Assembly (NCBI RefSeq): GCF_020969955.1
Contig: NZ_JAHDSX010000001.1
Span: 30,001-62,000 of the forward strand
DNA from: Allobaculum fili
Lineage (GTDB): Bacteria; Bacillota_I; Bacilli_A; Erysipelotrichales; Erysipelotrichaceae
Reading direction: 5' to 3'
Length of the DNA: 32,000 nucleotides
Positions 9,104 to 19,663 of the stretch are shown in pieces (positions within the stretch are counted from its first letter, which is position 1; every line of letters begins with the position of its first letter). Position numbers and translations under genes: made by a program. The notes below the pieces were generated by a model, which saw only the letters and a list, made by a program, of their open reading frames with translations, had not been told where the DNA came from and did not search any database.

Positions 9104-9147
9104 AAACGGATGCCGCACAAACGCAAAGCGGCATCCGTTTTCTGTTT
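9104..9147 (+). terminator. Rho-independent terminator after DUF1643 gene
   Basis: 13-bp stem aaacggatgccgc / gcggcatccgttt followed by a T-rich tail. Confidence 0.75.
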
Positions 9148-9343
9148 CCGGCGCGCCTGAACCGATTCCGACCGTTCTGTCGAGGGATCGTCTTTGAACC
9201 GGGAATCTGTAAGCGCACCGTAAGACAGTGAGAATAGAATTCCAGAGCAGAGATCTTTATAATTTTTTCAGCGCATCCATTTTTTGTTGATGAATCCGCA
9301 CGAAAGAGCAGACAGAAAATGTACAGACAGGAGAAAAAGACGC

Positions 9344-10681
9344 ATGGCAGATCCAAGAAAAACGACCCGCAAGCCGGGAAAGAAAAAGAAAAAAAGCAAA
9401 ATTCATAAAGGCCGTCTGGCGATTCTCATTGCTGCGTTTGCTCTGGTAATCGCCGCAGCTGGTGCCGGCGTATATGGGCTTGGACGTCTGATTTTTTCTT
9501 CTTTTCAGAGCGAAACACGAAGTACCGATGTCAACGGGGCCATTCTTCCTTTTGAAAACCATGCGCCGACCACAAAAAATTCTCTCGTGTTTACCGGCGT
9601 AGGGGACAATCTTCTGCACGATCGTCTGTACACCACATTTGAAGAAAAATACGGAAACCGCCAATTTCTGAAACAGTACGATGCGCTCGTTCCGTATCTG
9701 GAAAAAAGCAATCTCAACTACATCAATCTGGAGACGCTTCTGGCCGGCGACGCCTACGGGTTCAGCGGGTATCCAGCGTTTAACGGTCCAAGCGAATACT
9801 TTGACGCGCTGGCGAAAGCCGGTTTCAACTGGATTTCCGCTGCGTCCAACCACACCCTCGACATGGGCGATCAGGCGGTAAAGGATGAACTCGCCTACGC
9901 CAGAGAACATGTCCCCAATGTCAGCGTCACCGGCATTCACGATTCGCAGGAAAACGCGGACACCCCGGTTGTACGCGAAATTAACGGGATCAAAGTCGGT
10001 CTGGCTACATTTACCTTCGGTCAGAACGCCAACGCGTGGCCGGCAGACGGCTGGCTGATCGACGCCTATCGGAATCCGGATTATTCCATTAACTACGATC
10101 TGCTTGATGCGCGGCTGGACGCGCTCAACGCAGCCAGCGACGTTCAGATTATTTCCGTTCACTGGGGAACGGAATACGAAACCGTTCCGAATGAAGAACA
10201 GAAAACGCTGGCGGCTTACTTCCATTCCAAAGGTGTAGAAGCGGTCATCGGAACTCATCCCCATGTGATTCAGCCTGTGGAAATGATTCATGACGAAAAT
10301 CAGGAAACCCTCGTCTACTATTCGCTGGGCAACCTGCTTTCCGGTCAGGATACCAATGACCGAATGGTCGGCGGCATGGCCAGTTTCCAGCTCAATTACG
10401 ATCCAGAAACCCAGAAAGCTTCGTTTGAAGACGTTCGCTTTATTCCGACCGTTACCCTCATCAACGACGCTGCCGATGAATTTGGTGTTACCGTCTACGA
10501 CGATTACACCGATGAGCAGGGTGCAACGCATTACATCACGACTCAGAAAGGTCTGGATATGTCCAAAGCCTGGATTACGGACTACGTTCACTCGGTAATG
10601 GGCGAATCGACTGAAGACTATACCATCTGCATCGATACGGATCCTGCATGGAGTTCCGAACAGAAAAGTTCCGGGCAATAA
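9344..10681 (+). CDS. CapA-family (PGA_cap, metallophosphoesterase-like) protein, N-terminally membrane anchored
   Basis: Motifs GVGDNLLH, NLETLL, ASNHTLDMG, SVHWGTEYE, GTHPHVIQP, YSLGNLLS. A Lys-rich tail plus one TM (LAILIAAFALVIAAAGAGVYGL) forms the N-terminus. ATG at 9344 has AGGAG 10 nt upstream. Confidence 0.85.
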   Translation: MADPRKTTRKPGKKKKKSKIHKGRLAILIAAFALVIAAAGAGVYGLGRLIFSSFQSETRSTDVNGAILPFENHAPTTKNSLVFTGVGDNLLHDRLYTTFEEKYGNRQFLKQYDALVPYLEKSNLNYINLETLLAGDAYGFSGYPAFNGPSEYFDALAKAGFNWISAASNHTLDMGDQAVKDELAYAREHVPNVSVTGIHDSQENADTPVVREINGIKVGLATFTFGQNANAWPADGWLIDAYRNPDYSINYDLLDARLDALNAASDVQIISVHWGTEYETVPNEEQKTLAAYFHSKGVEAVIGTHPHVIQPVEMIHDENQETLVYYSLGNLLSGQDTNDRMVGGMASFQLNYDPETQKASFEDVRFIPTVTLINDAADEFGVTVYDDYTDEQGATHYITTQKGLDMSKAWITDYVHSVMGESTEDYTICIDTDPAWSSEQKSSGQ

Positions 10682-10790
10682 GCCCGGCTTTTCACTCTCT
10701 GCAGGCCAAACCTGCTGCTATTGATGAATCCATCAAAGGAAAATCCAAACCATTTAAAACGCACAACCCTTAGAAAGTGAGAAAGCCGCT

Positions 10791-11777
10791 ATGCCCGAAA
10801 CCCGACCAACTCCCGCTAAAAAGAACGCTTCTCCTTCTCCTGCAAAAGCTGCCGGAGCACCTAAAGCGAAAAAGACACAAAAGAAGAAAAAACTCAGAAC
10901 GGATCGCATTCTGATTCTCGTACTGGCCGCCTGCGTGCTTGTCGGCCTTTGCGGCTGGGGAATTTATGCCCTGACCAGAACGTTCTCTGGACAGGACCAG
11001 GAAACCGAACAGCAGCTCCCTGCGGTTTCTGCGGAAGAAATTGAAGCGATTCAAAAGCCAGAAGCCATTTCTCAGGAAACGTTTGATGCGCTCAAAACGC
11101 AGGCGCTATCGGATCCTGAGTCCCTGCCTTCCCGCCATGCCGCAAATCTGCTGGGTCATATTGAGGAATACGACGAAGACATTCTCGCCTTCTATTTGCG
11201 CGATGATGACCGCTATGAATTCGTAAGCCAGTGGCCAGACCGGGAAAACCTGCAGACTCCTGTGGCATCCCTTGAAGAAAGCCTTGAGACGGTTCCCGCC
11301 CTTTTACAGTGGGATCTGCGCTGGGGCTATCAGCCGTATGGCGATTCCATGATTTATGCGGCCGGCTGCGCGCCGACGACGATGTCGATGGTCGCTTCCT
11401 ATCTCAATCAGGACGAGACGCTGACCCCAAGAAAAATTGCGGACTGGGCGGATGCGAGCGGTCAGTATTCGCCCGGTCAGGGCACGCTGTACACGTTCTT
11501 TACCGATGCGGCTGCCGAGTATGGACTGAACGTAGAATCCATTCCGGTGGATTCGGCTTCCATTGAAGACGCAGCGGCGCAGGGAAAAATCATGATTTTC
11601 CATCTGCTTCCCGGAACGTTTACCACGTTTGGACATTTTGTGGTCGTACCGGGCGTCGAAAACGGACGGCTGAAAATCAACGATCCCAATTCCATCGAAC
11701 GCTCTTCCCACCTCTGGGATTACAGCCAGGTACTTCCGGAAACGGCGGCAATCTGGGCGTATTCCAAAGCGGAGTAG
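10791..11777 (+). CDS. YvpB/C39-like (Peptidase_C39_2) cysteine peptidase, N-terminally membrane anchored
   Basis: Papain-like triad candidates AAGCAPTT (Cys), TFGHFVVV (His) and INDPNS (Asp/Asn). A Lys-rich tail plus one TM (ILILVLAACVLVGLCGWGIYAL) forms the N-terminus. Confidence 0.8.
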   Translation: MPETRPTPAKKNASPSPAKAAGAPKAKKTQKKKKLRTDRILILVLAACVLVGLCGWGIYALTRTFSGQDQETEQQLPAVSAEEIEAIQKPEAISQETFDALKTQALSDPESLPSRHAANLLGHIEEYDEDILAFYLRDDDRYEFVSQWPDRENLQTPVASLEESLETVPALLQWDLRWGYQPYGDSMIYAAGCAPTTMSMVASYLNQDETLTPRKIADWADASGQYSPGQGTLYTFFTDAAAEYGLNVESIPVDSASIEDAAAQGKIMIFHLLPGTFTTFGHFVVVPGVENGRLKINDPNSIERSSHLWDYSQVLPETAAIWAYSKAE

Positions 11778-11815
11778 ACACAACGAAAGACAGAGCGGCA
11801 GCACAAAGATAAACG

Positions 11816-11880
11816 AAAACGGTCTCTGCAGAGCCCGGGCGAGTGATCGCCATGGCCTGCAGGGACCGTTTCTCTTTTTG
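11816..11880. terminator. Bidirectional terminator between convergent C39-like and EamA genes
   Basis: 15-16 bp stem aaaacggtctctgcag / ctgcagggaccgttt (one mismatch) with a ~25-nt loop. T-rich on the plus side and A-rich upstream. Confidence 0.6.
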
Positions 11881-11965
11881 AAATGCGGTGTGACGAAACG
11901 AAAAACTTTAAAGCGCTTTTCGTAAAAATGACTTCGGATGGAAATTAGAAAACAGGGAAGTCTGC

Positions 11966-12886
11966 CTAAAGAAGCATGACGAGCGTACCGACGGTCAGAA
12001 GAAGCAGACCGGCCAGCGCTTTTTTGGAAAGCCGCTCATGAAAGACAATCCACGAAAAGAGGACGGTAACGAGAATGGACAGCTTGTCGATTGGAATGAC
12101 AACGCTGGCCTGTCCCTGCTGCAAAGCGGCGTAAAAGCACAGCCAGCTTGCGCCGGTGGCCACGCCGGAAAGGCAGATGAAAAACAGTTCCTTTCTGGAA
12201 ATATGGCGCAGGGTGTTCTGCTTTTTCGTCACGAAGACCATGACCCATGCCATGATCAGAACGACAATCGTTCGAATGGCGGTACCAAGATTGGAATCTA
12301 CGTTTTCAATGCCGACCTTGCCTAGAATCGATGTCAAAGAGGCGAAAACCGCCGAGGCGATCGCGTAAAGCAGCCAGCTTTTGGACGTACTGCTCTCTTT
12401 CTTGTTTGCGGTGTTTTTCTGCGGGGAAGCTCTGGCTTTTTTTCGACGCGCCAGATACTGGGCGAGCGGATCGAGATCGAGCATCATCCACGTTCCCGCC
12501 ATAATCAGAACTGTACCGAGAATCTTATAGCCGGAAACCGTTTCGTGAAGGAGCAGAAACGAAAGAAGAATGGTCAGAACGACGCTCAGCTTATCGACTG
12601 CGGCAACCTGAGAAACCGGTCCGGTGGACAGCGCCTTAAAGTAGCAGAGCCAGCTGGCGCCGGTCGCCAGACCGGAAAGGACAAGAAACAGCAGGCTTTT
12701 CGGGCTGATCGAAGAAATCTGGCCGCCGACATGCGTGATCCAGACGATCAGCCAGGTAAACAGTAAAACAACAATGGTGCGTATGGCCGTAGCCGTAGTG
12801 GAGTCCGTCCGTCGAATGCCGAGCTTGGCCAGAATAGCCGTTACGCCCGCAAAGAAGGCGGAGCCAAACGCGTAAAGAACCCACAT
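11966..12886 (-). CDS. EamA/DMT-superfamily transporter made of two highly similar 5-TM halves
   Basis: Two EamA-type repeats share the blocks TAIRTIVVL, LSG(L/V)ATGASWLC and DKLS, joined by the basic linker RRKKARASPQKNTANKKE. ATG at 12886 is preferred (GAGGTGA 5 nt upstream); the track's GTG at 12895 is the alternative. Confidence 0.8.
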   Translation of the reverse strand: MWVLYAFGSAFFAGVTAILAKLGIRRTDSTTATAIRTIVVLLFTWLIVWITHVGGQISSISPKSLLFLVLSGLATGASWLCYFKALSTGPVSQVAAVDKLSVVLTILLSFLLLHETVSGYKILGTVLIMAGTWMMLDLDPLAQYLARRKKARASPQKNTANKKESSTSKSWLLYAIASAVFASLTSILGKVGIENVDSNLGTAIRTIVVLIMAWVMVFVTKKQNTLRHISRKELFFICLSGVATGASWLCFYAALQQGQASVVIPIDKLSILVTVLFSWIVFHERLSKKALAGLLLLTVGTLVMLL

Positions 12887-13138
12887 GATGATCACCTCGG
12901 CTCCATTTTAGGTCTGTTTCCTTTGCGGTGACGTCCGACAAACCGGAATCCGGCCAAACTCCTGGATTTTGACCGAGGAGCTCTGGCCGAATGAGAAGAA
13001 AGGATTATTCTGTTAATGAGGAGGTACGAAGCTGTCTAAAAAATAAAGCGTCTGGGACAAGCTTCCTGTACAATCATCTTCATAGCCAGAAGAAGGGAGA
13101 GTGCCGCAGAAACCTGTCGGCCTCAAGGGGAAAAGAGT

Positions 13139-13708
13139 ATGAAGCAGACTCGAAAAGCAATTCAGGACGCGTATATCGCACTGTGTGAAAAGAAGCCTGC
13201 AGATAAGATCACGGTCAAGGAAATCGTGGAAATCTGCGGAATTAACCGGAACTCTTTTTATTACCATTTTGAAGATCTTCCCAGTCTGACCGTGTCTATC
13301 ATGGAAGACCAGATCCGCCAGGCTATGTATGCGCCGGAGGTGGAAAGTCTTCAGGAAGGATTTCTGCGCTGCGCGCAGTGTTTTCAGGACAATATCGCCT
13401 TTTACCGGAATGTCTACTACTCCAAAAACCGTGAAGTGCTCGATTATCAGATCCGCTGTCTGATCGATGAAATGCTTGGACGGCTTCTGAACCACAGCCT
13501 GTTCGTGCATTACGATATCAGCGAGGAAGATCAGGAAATCATCACTTCCGTTTACCGTATGGAAATGCTGGGGCTGCTGTTTGGCTGGCTTCAGGAAGGC
13601 ATGAAATACGATCTGCCCACCCGCTATCGCCGCGTATTTGAACTGCGCCGCGGGACCGCGGAAATGATGGCCCGGCGCGCCGACCGCTCCGGCCGCTGCG
13701 CGCACTGA
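13139..13708 (+). CDS. TetR/AcrR-family transcriptional regulator (DhaS-like subgroup)
   Basis: N-terminal HTH ITVKEIVEICGINRNSFYYHFEDL. SD aagggg lies upstream. Confidence 0.85.
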   Translation: MKQTRKAIQDAYIALCEKKPADKITVKEIVEICGINRNSFYYHFEDLPSLTVSIMEDQIRQAMYAPEVESLQEGFLRCAQCFQDNIAFYRNVYYSKNREVLDYQIRCLIDEMLGRLLNHSLFVHYDISEEDQEIITSVYRMEMLGLLFGWLQEGMKYDLPTRYRRVFELRRGTAEMMARRADRSGRCAH

Positions 13709-13745
13709 TCCACAAAAAAGAAATCGCGTCCTCCATAAGAAATCC

Positions 13746-13780
13746 AGGAGGCGGCAGCCAGTGACAGGCTGCCACCTCCT
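13746..13780 (+). terminator. Candidate terminator after TetR gene (weak U-tract)
   Basis: 14-bp stem aggaggcggcagcc / ggctgccacctcct (one G-U) followed only by tt. Confidence 0.4.
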
Positions 13781-13924
13781 TTGTCATACTGGTGGGCAAA
13801 AAGCTGCAGATCTGCCCAGTCCGTTTTTCGGTGAAAGAAAAATTCAGAGCTTTTCGCCTGCTGCGCTTGCCTCTCCCGTCTGGGGAGGGATTACACTGAA
13901 GACGCTTACGCAAAGGAGCGATGC

Positions 13925-14791
13925 ATGATCTCGATTGGAAAAATGCCACAGGCTTGTCCGATGAGCGTCAAAACGCTGCGCTGGTATGACCAGATTGGCC
14001 CGCTTCACCCGGAATATGTTGATGAGAAAACTGGGTTTCGCTACTGTGCGCCCGAACAGATTGAGCAGATTCTGCTCATACGGCGCTATAAGCGCTTCGG
14101 CTTTTCGCTGCAGGAAATCGGCGAACTTCTGCAGGCGTCTCAAACACAGATTCAAAAGGCGCCTGCCCATAAGCTTGAAGAGATGCAGATCCAGATCGAA
14201 AGCCAGCGCCAGAGACAGGAAGAAATTCGACAGATTCTTTCGGACAGGCCGGAAAGGATTTTTATGAACCGTACAACTGAACTGGTAAAAACCGAAAAGA
14301 CACCGGTCTATGCACTCCATGCCGTTACGTCGATTGCTGAATACGGCGGACTGATGAGCCGCCTTTTTGAAGAAGCGGACAAAAAACAGCTCCGTCTGTG
14401 CGGCGCGCCGGGAACCCGGTATCTCGATCAGGACTTTAATCCGGAAAAAACGGAACTGGAAGTCTTCTTCCCCGTCTGCCCTGCCGGGCAGGCAAACGGG
14501 GAGATCGGCGGTGATTTGTGCGTTCGCGTTCTCCATACGGGAAACTACAGTACGCTCAGCGAATCGTATGGAGCGGCGCTGAAATGGATCGAAGAAAACG
14601 GCTATGCGATCGTCAATGCTCCCTATGAACTGTATTTGAGCGATCCTCGCACGGATCCAGATCCTGCAGACTGGAAAACCGAAATTTTTTCCGGTCACTC
14701 CAAAGTCGTAAGCGGACGCTCAACGGGATTTTGCCGGGCAACTCAGCCGGCTATGACAAAGTCGGAAAAGCAATCTTCCAGAAATCTATAG
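13925..14791 (+). CDS. MerR-family regulator with C-terminal GyrI-like effector-binding domain (BmrR-type architecture)
   Basis: N-terminal MerR HTH MSVKTLRWYDQIGPLHPEYVDEKTGFRYC and a coiled linker. The C-terminal VRVLHTGNYSTLSESYGAALKWIEENGY...PYELYLSDP is GyrI-like. SD aaggag sits 6 nt upstream. Confidence 0.85.
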   Translation: MISIGKMPQACPMSVKTLRWYDQIGPLHPEYVDEKTGFRYCAPEQIEQILLIRRYKRFGFSLQEIGELLQASQTQIQKAPAHKLEEMQIQIESQRQRQEEIRQILSDRPERIFMNRTTELVKTEKTPVYALHAVTSIAEYGGLMSRLFEEADKKQLRLCGAPGTRYLDQDFNPEKTELEVFFPVCPAGQANGEIGGDLCVRVLHTGNYSTLSESYGAALKWIEENGYAIVNAPYELYLSDPRTDPDPADWKTEIFSGHSKVVSGRSTGFCRATQPAMTKSEKQSSRNL

Positions 14792-14817
14792 AATTACACG
14801 TCATAGAATGAAAAAAG

Positions 14818-14896
14818 AAGAGGTCTTTGCGAAATGCATCCAGAACGATCGGACCCATGTCCGATCGCATATCCGGCTTTCGCAAAGCCTCTTTTT
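14818..14896. terminator. Long nested hairpin, bidirectional terminator between convergent MerR-like and pgeF genes
   Basis: Outer arms aagaggtctttgcgaaa / tttcgcaaagcctctt (one bulge) and an inner 9-bp stem cgatcggac / gtccgatcg. An A-run lies upstream and a T-run downstream. Confidence 0.65.
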
Positions 14897-14936
14897 GCGT
14901 TTAACAAATTTCTGTTTTCCAAAAGCAGCAAAGGAT

Positions 14937-15797
14937 TTACTTCGCAGTTGACGGTTTTTCCTTTGAGGAGTCGATGTAAATCCAGGAAAAATGTTCGCCG
15001 CAGTTTCGACCGTCGCGCCGATAGGAAAAACATTCTGGGGACGTTTTCGTATCGGTCGAACTGAGGTGAATGTTCTCTGCGGGAATTCCGTATTTCTGAA
15101 GCATGTGGATCTGCAGCGCCTGATGATCGATCAGAAAACGGCCGTTTTCCTGCGGAAAGATGACATCGCTTAAATCGAGATCGTATTCTTTCGCCATTTT
15201 TTCAAACGCTTCGACGACATCTTCCTGCACTTCAAAGGAATCTTTCATCAGCGAAGGCGAAAAGCGAACCTGAAGCGTAGCGGGATGGAGCAGTCCATCC
15301 TTTTTTAACGCCTCGAGAAGGTGAATCAGAATCGCCTGAGCCGTTCCGCGCCAGCCGGAATGGACAGCTGCGACGAAGGGCACGGCGGGATCGTAAAGAA
15401 GAATGCCAAGGCAGTCGGCCGTAAAGACGCCGATGAGCACGTCTGGATCGGTCGTATACAGACCGTCGGTTTCCAGAATGGAACTTTCTGCTTCCAGCGC
15501 ACCGCGGCCGCGATCCTGCGCAGAAACGCGAACAACTCGGCCTGTATGTTTCTGCCAGGCGAGCACCCAGTGATCAAGAGGAAGGGTATCCTGAGCGAGC
15601 AGCGCTCTCGCATTTAAAACGTCTTCGGGATTGTCGCAAATATGGAGGGCGAGACTGCCGCGCTCCGGGACTTCGGGCGTTTGGAGTGTATAACCGCCAT
15701 GGATGGCGGAACATGAAAATGGTTCAAGATTCAGATGATTTCTGTTCATGAATTCAGTATATAGCGTCGGTAATCCGACAGGCATCTGAATAGGCAA
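14937..15797 (-). CDS. pgeF: YfiH/PgeF-family (Cu-oxidase_4, laccase-domain) purine nucleoside phosphorylase/deaminase-type enzyme
   Basis: Motifs FTADCLGILLYDP, AAVHSGWRGT and SSTDTKTSPECFSYRRDG. The start is uncertain (15797 or the internal ATG at 15749) and neither has a strong SD. Confidence 0.85.
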   Translation of the reverse strand: MPIQMPVGLPTLYTEFMNRNHLNLEPFSCSAIHGGYTLQTPEVPERGSLALHICDNPEDVLNARALLAQDTLPLDHWVLAWQKHTGRVVRVSAQDRGRGALEAESSILETDGLYTTDPDVLIGVFTADCLGILLYDPAVPFVAAVHSGWRGTAQAILIHLLEALKKDGLLHPATLQVRFSPSLMKDSFEVQEDVVEAFEKMAKEYDLDLSDVIFPQENGRFLIDHQALQIHMLQKYGIPAENIHLSSTDTKTSPECFSYRRDGRNCGEHFSWIYIDSSKEKPSTAK

Positions 15798-15841
15798 AGG
15801 GTAACGGTACTGTCAGAATATTCATAGATAGCACTTGAGGC

Positions 15842-15869
15842 TTGCATCTGCCAAAACCTGTGTTATCAT
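15842..15869 (+). promoter_or_regulatory. SigmaA-type promoter of the hrcA operon
   Basis: -35 TTGCAT (15842-15847), a 16-nt spacer, and an extended -10 TGtTATCAT (15861-15869). Confidence 0.6.
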
Positions 15870-15871
15870 TA

Positions 15872-15898
15872 TTAGCAGTTGAACAGATTGAGTGCCAA
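15872..15898 (+). promoter_or_regulatory. CIRCE operator (HrcA binding site)
   Basis: TTAGCAGTT-N9-GAGTGCCAA versus consensus TTAGCACTC-N9-GAGTGCTAA (15/18 matches). It starts 2 nt after the -10 and lies upstream of hrcA. Confidence 0.8.
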
Positions 15899-15920
15899 AT
15901 ATGAGATTGGAGTGGGAATC

Positions 15921-16950
15921 ATGGATCTGACACAACGACAGAAAGCCATTCTCAAAGCGCTGGTCGAACAGTTCACGTACACCGCTGAACCGGTCGGTTC
16001 CAAGACTCTGATGTCTCTTCTCGATTTCTCGGTCTCCTCAGCTACGATTCGAAATGAACTCGCGCTGCTTGAAAAAGAGGGTCTTCTTGAGAAAACACAT
16101 CTTTCAAGCGGCAGAATTCCGGCACCGAAAGGTTATCGCTATTATGTAGAAAACCTGATGGAAATTTCGCTCGATCCGCAGATGGAAGAAGCTTTACGAA
16201 AAGTCTTTTCGAAGCGGCAGGGGTCCCTCGAAGATGTAACGCGCATCAGCGCATCGATCCTCGCGGACATGACCCATCTGACGTCGATGGTCATCGAACC
16301 GGCTGCCCATGAGCAGACGCTCATCCAGCTGTCTCTGATCCCAATCAGCGAAAAACAGGCCGTAGCCGTGGTCATCACGAACACCGGCCATACTGAACAT
16401 CGGATTTTTCATTTCGATGGCGACGTATCGCTTGAAGATCTCAAGCGGTGTACCGCGCTTCTCAATGAGAGGCTGACCGGTACGCCAATCAGTGAACTGA
16501 CAAAACGCTTTGAATCGATTCGACCGGAGTTTTCCGCCATGGTCGGAAGAAGCGAAGTCCTCTTCGAGGCATTTGCTTCCGCCGTCATGGGATTTACCCA
16601 TTCAAACTCCACCGTCTGCGGAAGAGCGAACATGCTCGCCCAGCCGGAATTCCAGAATATGCCAAAGCTCGAAGAGCTGATGCGGATTCTGGAAAATGAG
16701 CATCTGTTTCATGAATGGGCCGGCGATCCGGACAATGTGCAGACGGTCATCTCGCCAAGAAACAAGCTGATTCAGATTGGAGACTGTTCCATCGTCACGT
16801 CCGCCTTTGACGCGGGCAAGGACGAGCAGGGACAGCTGATGGTCATCGGCCCGAACCGAATGCCGTATTCAAAAGTAATCGCTCTGATGGACTGTCTGTC
16901 CGAATTCATTGAAAAACGATTCGGACCCGGACAAAAAGGAGGAGGACAGG

Positions 16951-16958
<8 letters not shown>
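15921..16958 (+). CDS. hrcA: Heat-inducible transcription repressor HrcA
   Basis: MDLTQRQKAILKALVEQF...EPVGSKTL...SSATIRNELALLEKEGLLEKTHLSSGRIP is the HrcA signature. ATG at 15921 has ggagtggga upstream; the track's TTG at 15879 would lie inside CIRCE. Confidence 0.93.
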
Positions 16959-19376
<2,418 letters not shown>

Positions 19377-19404
19377 GCTGTTAAGCTTCGTTAGTATTCA
19401 AAGA

Positions 19405-19431
19405 CTGCAGGATTTTCCTGCAGCCTTTTTT
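19405..19431 (+). terminator. Rho-independent terminator after dnaK
   Basis: Stem ctgcagga / tcctgcag with a ttt loop, followed by cctttttt. Confidence 0.75.
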
Positions 19432-19663
19432 CAAGAGAAAGAGAGACAGTCTTTCAAGTCGAAAAACAGCGCGCACACGCTGGCTGTCGCTTTTTCTTAC
19501 AAATGCAGAGGATTTGAAAGCGAATCGTCTGCGGCAGGCACAATGAATCGCGGACGATGCACACGCCCGTTAAAATCAGACTGCAAACCAGAACGAAACC
19601 AAAATCGCAGACCGAAGGGAAGAACACGCCGTATTCTGGCTGCGACAGAAAGAGGGGAAGTAT

